NCBI GenBank assembly: GCA_965207885.1
Contig: OZ242311.1
Span: 3,328,001-3,392,000, forward strand
DNA from: Candidatus Latescibacterota bacterium
GTDB lineage: Bacteria > Latescibacterota > UBA2968
Length of the DNA: 64,000 nt
Direction: 5' to 3'
This document shows, in pieces, positions 9,967-18,321 of this stretch. A program made the position numbers and the translations under genes. Within the stretch, counting starts at the first letter, position 1, and every line of letters begins with the position of its first letter. Under the pieces are notes generated by a model. It was given only the letters and a program-made list of their open reading frames with translations. It searched no databases and had not been told where the DNA came from.

Positions 9967-10726
9967 CAGCCTGTGCGGCTTCGGAAAGCACCGTCAACCG
10001 TCCGCCGTAAGTTTTGTTCAAATTATCTTCTGTGAACACACCTTCCGTCTCACCCGCGGCAACGATCCGCATATTGATCAAAACCAGCCAGTCAAAATAC
10101 TGATGCACCGTGTGCAAATCGTGATGTACAACCAGCATGGTCTTTTTTCGCGCCCTCAAATCCATCAAAATGTCTATAATGGCGCGTTCGGTCGCCGCAT
10201 CCACGCCGGCAAAGGGTTCGTCCATCAAATAAATTTGTGCATCTTGAGCCAGAGCGCGTGCCAGGAAAACCCGCTGTTGTTGGCCCCCCGAAAGCTGATT
10301 GATCTGCCGATGCCCAAAATCGGTCATACCGACCTTTTCAAGTGCTTCCTCAGCCAGTTCTCTGTCAATTTTATCCGGACGCCTCACCCAACCAACGTGG
10401 CCATAACGTCCCATCAGCACCACATCTAAGGCATTGATGGGAAAATCCCAATCCACTGACTCGCGTTGTGGCACATAGCCAATGGCCTGACGCATGCGCG
10501 AATAGGGCTTGCCGTAGATGCGGACCCACCCCGAAGCCTTGGGCACGAGATCCATAATGGCTTTGATCATCGTGCTCTTGCCCGCGCCATTTGGACCCAC
10601 AACCCCCACGAGTTTGCCTTCTGGCACCGCGAGATCCACATCCCAAAGAACGGGTTTCTTGTGATACGCCACCGTCATATCGTGAATATGAATGGGCGTC
10701 ACCGATTCATCAACTGCGTGTAACAT
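9941..10726 (-). CDS. Metal ABC transporter ATP-binding protein (TroB/MntB-like)
   Basis: Walker A GPNGAGKST, LSGGQQQR, MDEPF, VHHDL. Start MLHAVD overlaps the substrate-binding protein stop (TAATG). Confidence 0.95.
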   Translation of the reverse strand: MLHAVDESVTPIHIHDMTVAYHKKPVLWDVDLAVPEGKLVGVVGPNGAGKSTMIKAIMDLVPKASGWVRIYGKPYSRMRQAIGYVPQRESVDWDFPINALDVVLMGRYGHVGWVRRPDKIDRELAEEALEKVGMTDFGHRQINQLSGGQQQRVFLARALAQDAQIYLMDEPFAGVDAATERAIIDILMDLRARKKTMLVVHHDLHTVHQYFDWLVLINMRIVAAGETEGVFTEDNLNKTYGGRLTVLSEAAQAVAHHQRGL

Positions 10727-11643
10727 TATTTTAGTGCCTCGACAATTGTGTTCACATTTGACCTTACCATGCCGATGTACGTATCGGCCCCACTGCCCGC
10801 AGGTCCCATCGCGTCGGAATACAGAGTTCCACCAATTGCGACATCCCACCCTCGCGCCTTGCAACCCTCGCGCACGGCATTGATCGAACGCTCGGGTACA
10901 CTGCTTTCCACAAAAATGGCTTTTACCCGCCGTTTGACGATAAAATCTACCAGCAGAGACACATCGTTGACGCCGTATTCGGCCACAGTCGAAATTCCCT
11001 GAAGCCCGCGCACTTCAATGCCGTAAGCAAGACCAAAATATCCAAAGGCGTCGTGTGCTGTAATCAACACGCGCTGGTCGCTGGGAATGCGCCCAATCTG
11101 CGCTTTTGCCCAGGCGTCGAGATCGAGCAATTGCTTGCGATACGCCTCGGCATTGGCGCGAAACACACCTGCACCATCGGCGTCACGCCCGCTCAGCGTC
11201 TGGACAACTACGGACAAGGTCTCTGCCCACATGCTGACGTCAAACCAGATATGTGGATCGTGCTCCCCTTGTCCAGCAACCGGTTTCCGCAGCCTCTCTT
11301 TGGGAATATCCCGCGATACTGGAATCACCGTCTTGCTGCTGCGCGCCATCTTTTCAAAAATACCTTCCAGCTTGCCTTCCAGAAAGAGACCATTGTAAAA
11401 TATCACATCCGCTCGAGACAGTTTCTGCAAATCGCCCTGCGTCGCCTTGTAATAATGCGGGTCAATTCCAGGCCCCATCAGGGAAATCACCTCAGCGCGA
11501 TCCCCTGCAACATGGCGCACCAGATCGCCGACCATTCCGGTCGTACACACCACCAGCTGTTTGTCCTGTTCAACCGGCGGCGTTTCGCCTCCGCCACACG
11601 CGCACAGCAATAAAACACCAGCCATAATGAAAAATCTATACAT
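10726..11643 (-). CDS. Metal ABC transporter substrate-binding lipoprotein (TroA/MntA-like)
   Basis: Lipobox; GIDPHYY, DPHIWF, TAHDAFGYF, LYSDAMG (His/His/His/Asp ligand set). Confidence 0.95.
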   Translation of the reverse strand: MYRFFIMAGVLLLCACGGGETPPVEQDKQLVVCTTGMVGDLVRHVAGDRAEVISLMGPGIDPHYYKATQGDLQKLSRADVIFYNGLFLEGKLEGIFEKMARSSKTVIPVSRDIPKERLRKPVAGQGEHDPHIWFDVSMWAETLSVVVQTLSGRDADGAGVFRANAEAYRKQLLDLDAWAKAQIGRIPSDQRVLITAHDAFGYFGLAYGIEVRGLQGISTVAEYGVNDVSLLVDFIVKRRVKAIFVESSVPERSINAVREGCKARGWDVAIGGTLYSDAMGPAGSGADTYIGMVRSNVNTIVEALK

Positions 11644-11697
11644 ATACCCTCCATTATATATGCCTACAACAATTCTTATATTGCTGCTAAAATAAAA

Positions 11698-11740
11698 TTT
11701 AGTCAGAGCTAAAAATATAAAAATCAGGGGATATGGTCAA
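11698..11740 (-). promoter_or_regulatory. Sigma70-like promoter with an overlapping DtxR/MntR-type operator for the metal ABC operon
   Basis: Minus strand TTGACC-17nt-TATTTT (11740-11712). Palindrome TTTAG-tcagag-CTAAA at 11698-11713 overlaps the -10/start region and resembles TTAG-N-CTAA DtxR/SirR boxes. Confidence 0.65.
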
Positions 11741-11746
11741 GAAAAG

Positions 11747-11780
11747 AAAAAACCCTCAATCCATAGATTGAAGGGTTTTT
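11747..11780 (-). terminator. Intrinsic terminator after the feo operon
   Basis: aaaaaaccctcaatc-cata-gattgaagggttttt hairpin with A/T tracts on both sides. Confidence 0.7.
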
Positions 11781-11810
11781 ATACAAAACGAAACTCCCGT
11801 ATTTCCCTAA

Positions 11811-11960
11811 TTATTCAATCTCTATCAAACCCTCGCGCTTTGCTTCCCCGCCACAGCCGGAACAAGACGAAGTCAAAAACGGCCTTACGACCTCACCAAT
11901 AACGCGATAGGCACACCAGAGTGCCACTGCAACCGCGATCCAATTTTGCCAGTCGGTCAT
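11811..11960 (-). CDS. Small FeoB-associated Cys-rich membrane protein (49 aa)
   Basis: Below the ORF-track cutoff. MTDWQNWIAVAVALWCAYRVIGEVVRPFLTSSCSGCGGEAKREGLIEIE: one TM helix plus CSGC, 4 nt after the feoB stop. Confidence 0.7.
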   Translation of the reverse strand: MTDWQNWIAVAVALWCAYRVIGEVVRPFLTSSCSGCGGEAKREGLIEIE

Positions 11961-11964
11961 ACCA

Positions 11965-14145
11965 TTACCCCCATCCGAGCGCCATTCCGAGGCGATAAGT
12001 CACAAATGCGCCGATATAGGCGAGCACCGTCATATAAATAAAAGTCAGCACGGGCCACCGCCAGGCCCCCGTTTCGCGTTGAATGACTGCAAGTGTGGAA
12101 ACGCACTGCGCGCACAGTGCAAAAAATACCATAATAGACAGTGCGACCGGGATATTAAACACCTTTCGTCCATCAGACCAGGTCGCAGACCGAAGCGCGT
12201 CTCTAAGCGACGCCGATTCCTCATCTACCTCTCCCAGACTATAAATGGTCCCCAGAACAGCGACAATTACTTCCCTTGCAGGGAAAGATGCCAGTGCCGC
12301 CATCCCAATCCGCCAATCCCATCCCAATGGCTCTACGACGGGTTCAACAGCATGTCCCATCCGCCCCAGAAAACTCTGCTGGAGCATCTCGCCAGCCTCT
12401 TTCGCGCGCAAATCATCCAAAACCTCCTCCGATGCCCCAACTAATCGCTCGCGCTCAGCCTCGTAATGTTCGGCAATTGTTTCAGACCTCGGGAAATACG
12501 CCAGTGCCCACATCACAATCGTCGCGGCGAGAATCAATGTGCCAGCTCTTTCGAGAAAATGCCTCGCACTTTGATAAATACGCATCCCAACAGTGCCCAC
12601 ATCTGGTATTTTGTAAGACGGCAACTCGAGCAAAAAAGGCGTGGGCTGCCCTCTCAACAGCGTCTTTTTTAAAATCCACGCAATGGGAATAGCCACAACA
12701 ATACCAACGCAGTACAGCGCGAAAAGCGTAAGCCCCTGCAACCCAATCCCCCCCCAAACATCTCGGGCGGGAATAAAAGCCCCAATAAAAATCGCGTACA
12801 CCGGCAAACGCGCAGAGCAACTCATCAACGGCGCAACCAGCATCGTGGCAATGCGATCTTTGGGGTCATTGATAGTCCGCGTAGCCATCACACCCGGAAT
12901 CGCACAGGCAAAACTCGACAACAGGGGAATAAAAGACTTCCCCGACAAACCACACGGCGTTAACAGGCGATCCATCAACAGCGCCGCGCGGGCCATATAT
13001 CCACAATCTTCCAGTATGGCAATAAAGAGGAACAGAATACAAATCTGGGGCAAAAAAATGACCACGCCTCCCACTCCGGCAATCACCCCATCCACCACCA
13101 TACTTTGCAGCGCTCCTTCAGGCAGATAGCCCGAAGCCCATCCTCCGACCGTCCCAAACAACGCGTCAATACCATCCATTAAAGGCACGGCCCACGAAAA
13201 AATCGATTGAAATACAAAGGCCATAATCACAGCAAAACTCAGGCTACCCCATAGCGGATGGGTCAAAATCCGATCCAGTTGATCAGAACGGGTCACGCGA
13301 AGTGGTTCGGGATCGCGCAACACATCATCGAGGACTTCGTCGATCCATCTATAGCGCCATTCGATCTCTCGATTCGCCAGTGCATCATCCGCATTAATCT
13401 GTGCTCGCAACGCGTGAAGGTCGGCGGCAAAGTCATCGCCAAAGCGTTCCACGACACGGGATGCAAAGGCGTTCTGATTATCAACCAACACACGCAACGC
13501 CAGCCCCGTAGATACACCTTCGTATTTTCGCGCCAACTGATCGGCTTCTACCCACCAGGATTGCGGCGATATCGGGCTGCGCGAGGGAACCCTGCCCTTT
13601 TCAACAACCCGAGAAAGGGCTTCTTTCAATTCATCAAGTCCCACGCGTTTATTGGCCTGTATGGGAATAACAGGAACGCCCAAACGCTCGCTCAGAGCAG
13701 GTGCATCAATAACAATGCCCCTGGCTTTGGCCACATCTAACATATTGAGGGCAACAACCAGGGGCAAATCAATTTCGAGAAGTTGAGATACGACGTATAA
13801 ACTGCGCCTCAAATTGCTGGCGTCGAGAACCACGAGCACAGCTTGAATGGTACTCTCGCTCTCCAACAACCCCATCAGTGCTTCAACAGCAATAAGCTCA
13901 TCTGGAGACTTGGCTGAAAGGCTGTATGTACCGGGCAAATCCAGCAGGTCAACCGCACCCGCGTTGGGCAATGTCAATTGTCCGACCTTGCGTTCAACCG
14001 TAACGCCGGGAAAATTTCCCACGCGCTGCGAAAGCCCCGTCAGGGCATTAAAAAGCGTTGTCTTACCCGTATTGGGATTGCCAACCACAGCGACCGTGGC
14101 ACGACCCACATAAGGTCGCTCTCGATTCGCTATATTCATTGCCAT
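11965..14145 (-). CDS. feoB: Ferrous iron transporter B
   Basis: GNPNTGKTT, GNFPGVTVE, DLPGTYSL, NMLD, LEDCGYMAR, MSCSARLPVY. Confidence 0.97.
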   Translation of the reverse strand: MAMNIANRERPYVGRATVAVVGNPNTGKTTLFNALTGLSQRVGNFPGVTVERKVGQLTLPNAGAVDLLDLPGTYSLSAKSPDELIAVEALMGLLESESTIQAVLVVLDASNLRRSLYVVSQLLEIDLPLVVALNMLDVAKARGIVIDAPALSERLGVPVIPIQANKRVGLDELKEALSRVVEKGRVPSRSPISPQSWWVEADQLARKYEGVSTGLALRVLVDNQNAFASRVVERFGDDFAADLHALRAQINADDALANREIEWRYRWIDEVLDDVLRDPEPLRVTRSDQLDRILTHPLWGSLSFAVIMAFVFQSIFSWAVPLMDGIDALFGTVGGWASGYLPEGALQSMVVDGVIAGVGGVVIFLPQICILFLFIAILEDCGYMARAALLMDRLLTPCGLSGKSFIPLLSSFACAIPGVMATRTINDPKDRIATMLVAPLMSCSARLPVYAIFIGAFIPARDVWGGIGLQGLTLFALYCVGIVVAIPIAWILKKTLLRGQPTPFLLELPSYKIPDVGTVGMRIYQSARHFLERAGTLILAATIVMWALAYFPRSETIAEHYEAERERLVGASEEVLDDLRAKEAGEMLQQSFLGRMGHAVEPVVEPLGWDWRIGMAALASFPAREVIVAVLGTIYSLGEVDEESASLRDALRSATWSDGRKVFNIPVALSIMVFFALCAQCVSTLAVIQRETGAWRWPVLTFIYMTVLAYIGAFVTYRLGMALGWG

Positions 14146-14151
14146 AATAAA

Positions 14152-14394
14152 TCAGGCCGCTTTCATTCCTTTGATGCATGCAGCATCGGTTTTTCGCAAG
14201 CAAAATCTGCTGCTACCCACCTGAATGACCACAGTGCGCCCAACGCGCAACACGCGCACCGGGACACCTGGTATAGCACCCACCTCACGCAGTCGGGCCG
14301 CCAGTTGATTGGCTCCTGAAATGCCTTCAATAGTACCTTCATCACCCCGGCCCCATATTGAAAGTGGGGTTGCAGCATCCGTCGCATAAGCCAT
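14152..14394 (-). CDS. feoA: Ferrous iron transport protein A
   Basis: RLREVGAIPGVPVRVLR SH3-like FeoA pattern, directly upstream of feoB. Confidence 0.85.
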   Translation of the reverse strand: MAYATDAATPLSIWGRGDEGTIEGISGANQLAARLREVGAIPGVPVRVLRVGRTVVIQVGSSRFCLRKTDAACIKGMKAA

Positions 14395-14918
14395 TATTGA
14401 GACTCCAAATTGAATAATTGATCAACATCCTGAACGGGCCACTGCCACTCTTCATCCTGATCCAACCTGGACCAGAATTCAGAGAGAAATTGTCGCGCAG
14501 TGGGATCATCGGAGAGCAAAAAGCGCACAAAATGCAGCAATTGCCCACCAGTTTGCGCGCTTAAAAGATGCTCGACCTTGCACGCATCTACTTCGGCTTG
14601 ATGCTCGTCGAGCTTGAGCACCTCATTGAGAAATTTGCGAACAACAGCGCGTTTGGCTAAAATAGAATCGACAATGCGGCGGCCATCTTCGGATAATTTC
14701 AAAAATTTATTGTGATCTTCCACAACCAGCCCGCGCGCCTTGAGGGCTTTGAGCGTCAGCGAAGCACTACCCCGGGTAATCTCCAGCGCACGCGCCACAT
14801 CCGAAACCCGCGCATAGCCCAGATCGCCCATCAACTCGTGAATGGCAGTTAGATGATGGGCAACACTGTGGGAAATCTCGTTGCTCTCGTATTCTTTCCA
14901 TACATCCGATGCCATCAT
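14394..14918 (-). CDS. DtxR/MntR family metal-dependent regulator (short form)
   Basis: HHLTAI..L, ARVSDVARAL..TRGSAS, DACKVEHLLS; first gene of the feoAB operon. Confidence 0.9.
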   Translation of the reverse strand: MMASDVWKEYESNEISHSVAHHLTAIHELMGDLGYARVSDVARALEITRGSASLTLKALKARGLVVEDHNKFLKLSEDGRRIVDSILAKRAVVRKFLNEVLKLDEHQAEVDACKVEHLLSAQTGGQLLHFVRFLLSDDPTARQFLSEFWSRLDQDEEWQWPVQDVDQLFNLESQ

Positions 14919-14951
14919 AATGCCCCCTCATGCGTTTAGCCATTTAACCAA

Positions 14952-15008
14952 TGTTTTGCTAATAAAACAACTGATAGAAACATAAACCAAACGCACTCGC
15001 TCTGTCAA
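14952..15008 (-). promoter_or_regulatory. Promoter and candidate operator of the dtxR-feoAB operon
   Basis: TTGACA on the minus strand (15003-15008), a TATGTT-like -10, and the inverted repeat TGTTTT-gctaat-AAAACA (14952-14969) downstream. Confidence 0.5.
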
Positions 15009-15060
15009 GGTATTTTTTGGGTGAGACGCAATACGCGAGATGTGAGACAAGACACCCGCG

Positions 15061-15093
15061 TGAACTGGCCTGAGAGTCGGCTAATTGTCCACC
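15061..15093. repeat. 33-bp palindromic intergenic element, copy 1
   Basis: tgaactggcctgagagtcggctaattgtccacc; 28/33 identical to 31438-31470. Confidence 0.7.
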
Positions 15094-15189
15094 ATTTCTC
15101 GCCTCACACTTCATCCTTCTCCCTTGACATCTCTTTTTTTTATCCTTATACCTCTTATCCCTAAACCGACTTATCAAAGGACACAACAC

Positions 15190-17883
15190 ATGACGCATTT
15201 CTATAAGTTTTCTGAAATCGGTCGTCTCCCTCTTCCAGGAGACAACGTCGGCATTGCAACCCGAAAACTGGACGGAGGCACGCAGATTATCCATTCAGAT
15301 CGCACCTTCGCGCTTCGGCACACCATCCTCGAAGGCCATCGCTTTGCCATCCAACCCATCGCGCCCGGCGACCCCCTCCTCTCGTGGGGCTTGCCCTTTG
15401 GCATTGCAACGCGCCATATCTATCCCGGAGATTATGCCTGCAACCCGGAAATCCTTGGCGCCCTTAAACTCCGCGATCTCGACTTTGAACTGCCAGACAT
15501 GCCCAACTTTGAAGATCGCATTGTTCCATACCAGATCACCACTTTTGAGGCAGGCGAGCAAGTCAAGCACTATGATCAGTGCGGTACTTTTCAGGGTTAC
15601 AAAAGACTGGGAGGTCGAGGCGTAGGCACGCGAAATAATATTGTTATACTGGGAACATCCTCTCGTACAGCGAGTTATGCCAAACAGCTCGAAGCGAGGT
15701 TACAAGACCGCATACGAGATTATCACAACATCGATGGCATTGTTGCAGTGGCCCACACCGAAGGCGGCGGCACTGAAATCCCCAATAACAAAGACCTCTT
15801 ATTGCGTACACTCGCCGGATTTGCAGTACATCCAAACGTCGGTGCGGTACTCGCGATCGACTATGGTCACGAAGCCATCACCAATCAGCACCTACGGGAA
15901 TTTCTCGCGCAAAACAACTATCCTATCGACCATGTCCTGCACCACTTTCTCACGCTTGAAGGCAGCTTTGAAAACGCGCTAAAACAAGGCGAAAACATCA
16001 TTGCCAAATGGCTGCCGCAAGTCCAGACAATGGTCCGCACACCCGAACCCCTATCGCACATCAAAATCGCACTGCAATGCGGTGGCTCAGACGCATTCTC
16101 GGGCATCTCTGGCAATCCATTAGCTTCGTGGGTGGCAAGAGAAATCATTCGCCACGGCGGCTCGGCCAACCTCGCAGAAACCGACGAACTCATCGGTGCA
16201 GAGTCCTATGTCCTCCAAAATGTCTCATCTTACGATGTCGCCCAATGCTTTCTCGACAAAGTGGAAGCCTATAAAACCCTCGCTGCATGGCACGGAACAA
16301 CGGCAGAAGGTAACCCTTCTGGTGGCAACAAATTTCGCGGCCTCTACAACATCGTCCTCAAATCAATCGGCGCGGCCATGAAGCGTCACCCGGATGTCCG
16401 TCTCGATTCTGTCATTGATTACGCGGCACCGATGACCGATCCGGGGTACTATTTCATGGACAGCCCTGGCAATGATCTCGAAAGTATTGCCGGACAAGTA
16501 GCTTCCGGATGTAATATGATCTTCTTTATCACGGGCAATGGCTCAATCACAAACTTCCCCTTTGTACCCACCATCAAGATCGTCACCACATCCGAACGCT
16601 ATCATCTACTCAGTAAAGATATGGATGTCAACGCGGGTGCATATCTGGACGGTACCTCCATGGACGACCTCGGCAGCGATATGTTTAACCTGACCTGCAA
16701 AATCGCCTCGGGAGAACGCAGCAAAGGCGAAAAAGCCGCACACGCACAAGTCTCGATATGGCGCACATGGCGACAGACCTCAACAGATCACCTGCCCGAC
16801 CTCAAGAACCGCCCCGAACCCCGGGGCGTGCCACTCGCTATTCAGGTATTGGACGCCGACGAACACAGCTTTGAAGCCATTCGCACCCGAGATGGATTTA
16901 CAACCGACCGCCTGGGCCTGATTCTGCCCACCAGCCTGTGTTCTGGACAAATCGCGCTGATGGCGGCAAAACGCCTCACAGAAAAGGGTCTGGGCCACGA
17001 TAAGGGCATCTCGCGCTTTGTCGCCCTCGCGCACACCGAAGGATGCGGCGTATCGGGAGAAGTCACCGAACGCCTCTACACGCGCACTATGCTCGGCTAC
17101 CTCACTCACCCTCTCGTACACACCGGCCTGTTATTGGAACACGGCTGTGAAAAGACCCACAACGACTATATTCGGCATGAACTAGACGACAGAGGGATCA
17201 GCCCCGATGCATTTGGATGGGCCAGTGTGCAACTCGACGGCGGTATCGAGGCCGTTCTCGACAAGGTCGAAGCCTATTTTATCAGCCAGTTCGTACAGAC
17301 TCCCCCTCCTGAAACCACTCCTGCCAGCCTGTCCGAACTCCACGTCGGTCTTCATGCTTCTGGTTCTATTTCCAATATAGCCGCGCAATCACTCGCCATT
17401 CTATCCCAATCCTTGATCGGTACAGGTGCCACGCTCATTGTACCCGACAATGCGAGTTTTCTGTCTCATCCTATATATCTATCCGAAGTTCTGGGCGACA
17501 CGCCACCTGTATCCACTCTTGCACACGGGCAAAATCCCACCCAACCGGGCTATCACATCATGGACAGCCAGACCGATCACTGGGTCGAAACCCTCACGGG
17601 ATTGGGCGGCACAGGCGTCCACCTCATCGTCGCCTACTCAGGGGATCACCCCTTGCAGGGGCACCCCCTGACCCCAATGCTTCAAACAACCGCCGAAGAG
17701 CGCGTCGCTAATTCCTATGGCGATGACTTTGACCTCATCTTCAACACCGAACCCAAACACAACGCCGACGCTCTCTTGCGCCAGATCATCTCCATCGCCT
17801 CTCGCCAATACACGCCCAAAACACCGCTAACGGGCAACACAGATTTCCAATTCACCCGAGGACTTCTGGGCGTCTCGATGTAA
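15190..17883 (+). CDS. UxaA/GarD family sugar-acid dehydratase (SAF domain plus internally duplicated GD_AH region)
   Basis: Start moved to MTHFYK (AAGGA RBS). DNVGIA/GHRFA SAF domain, GVGTRN, QCGGSDAFSG, NPSGGN..GL, DSPGND, and a second copy with TSLCS/HTEGCG/HGCEK. Confidence 0.85.
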   Translation: MTHFYKFSEIGRLPLPGDNVGIATRKLDGGTQIIHSDRTFALRHTILEGHRFAIQPIAPGDPLLSWGLPFGIATRHIYPGDYACNPEILGALKLRDLDFELPDMPNFEDRIVPYQITTFEAGEQVKHYDQCGTFQGYKRLGGRGVGTRNNIVILGTSSRTASYAKQLEARLQDRIRDYHNIDGIVAVAHTEGGGTEIPNNKDLLLRTLAGFAVHPNVGAVLAIDYGHEAITNQHLREFLAQNNYPIDHVLHHFLTLEGSFENALKQGENIIAKWLPQVQTMVRTPEPLSHIKIALQCGGSDAFSGISGNPLASWVAREIIRHGGSANLAETDELIGAESYVLQNVSSYDVAQCFLDKVEAYKTLAAWHGTTAEGNPSGGNKFRGLYNIVLKSIGAAMKRHPDVRLDSVIDYAAPMTDPGYYFMDSPGNDLESIAGQVASGCNMIFFITGNGSITNFPFVPTIKIVTTSERYHLLSKDMDVNAGAYLDGTSMDDLGSDMFNLTCKIASGERSKGEKAAHAQVSIWRTWRQTSTDHLPDLKNRPEPRGVPLAIQVLDADEHSFEAIRTRDGFTTDRLGLILPTSLCSGQIALMAAKRLTEKGLGHDKGISRFVALAHTEGCGVSGEVTERLYTRTMLGYLTHPLVHTGLLLEHGCEKTHNDYIRHELDDRGISPDAFGWASVQLDGGIEAVLDKVEAYFISQFVQTPPPETTPASLSELHVGLHASGSISNIAAQSLAILSQSLIGTGATLIVPDNASFLSHPIYLSEVLGDTPPVSTLAHGQNPTQPGYHIMDSQTDHWVETLTGLGGTGVHLIVAYSGDHPLQGHPLTPMLQTTAEERVANSYGDDFDLIFNTEPKHNADALLRQIISIASRQYTPKTPLTGNTDFQFTRGLLGVSM

Positions 17884-17908
17884 ATAATGGAACATACAGG
17901 AGATATCA

Positions 17909-18268
17909 ATGTCTAAAATCAGCTTTTACACCTGGAACAGATGAAGTTCCTGCCGCAAGGTGAAAGCGTGGCTTTCACGAGAAGGCGTGAATTTTGAGGA
18001 AAGGGATTTCTTCAAAGACGAGTTCTCTGAGGAAGAACTCCGAAAACTGCTCGGCGACACTCCGCCAACCGACATATTTTCTTGGCGAAGTCCTTCGGCG
18101 CGAACGCTAAAACTCAATCGGGAGGGCGTGTCGGCAGATGAACTGATTCGCCTCATGGTTGACCAGCCCCGGTTGATACGCCGGCCACTGATACACACCG
18201 GTGATCGGCTATTCGCAGGCACGGACAAAGAGGCGATGGCAGAGACATTCCCCGGCTACAATCTGTAA
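17909..18268 (+). CDS. Spx/ArsC/YffB-family thioredoxin-fold protein, probable selenoprotein (UxxC), 119 aa
   Basis: RBS CAGGAG, ATG 17909, MSKISFYTWNR-TGA(17942-17944)-SSCRKVKAWL, in frame with the 17960-18268 ORF. The TGA falls at the first Cys of the family CxxCRKA motif; LIRRPL near the C-terminus. Confidence 0.8.
17960..17978 (+). promoter_or_regulatory. Candidate bacterial SECIS hairpin
   Basis: GTGAAAGC-GTG-GCTTTCAC, a perfect 8-bp stem starting 15 nt after the in-frame TGA, with a G-first apical loop. Confidence 0.6.
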
Positions 18269-18274
18269 TTAAAC

Positions 18275-18306
18275 AAAAAAAGCCAGACAAAATATCTGGC
18301 TTTTTT
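18275..18306. terminator. Bidirectional intrinsic terminator
   Basis: aaaaaaagccaga-caaaata-tctggctttttt between convergent genes. Confidence 0.8.
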
Positions 18307-18321
18307 CACTTTACACTTCCC

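Noticed and set aside
15085-15189. N-terminal extensions in the ORF track (also 6644-6835, 10727-10864, 33957-34256, 26035-26244)
   Set aside because: They overlap neighbouring genes or repeat tracts, and better-placed starts with RBS or stop-start coupling lie downstream.
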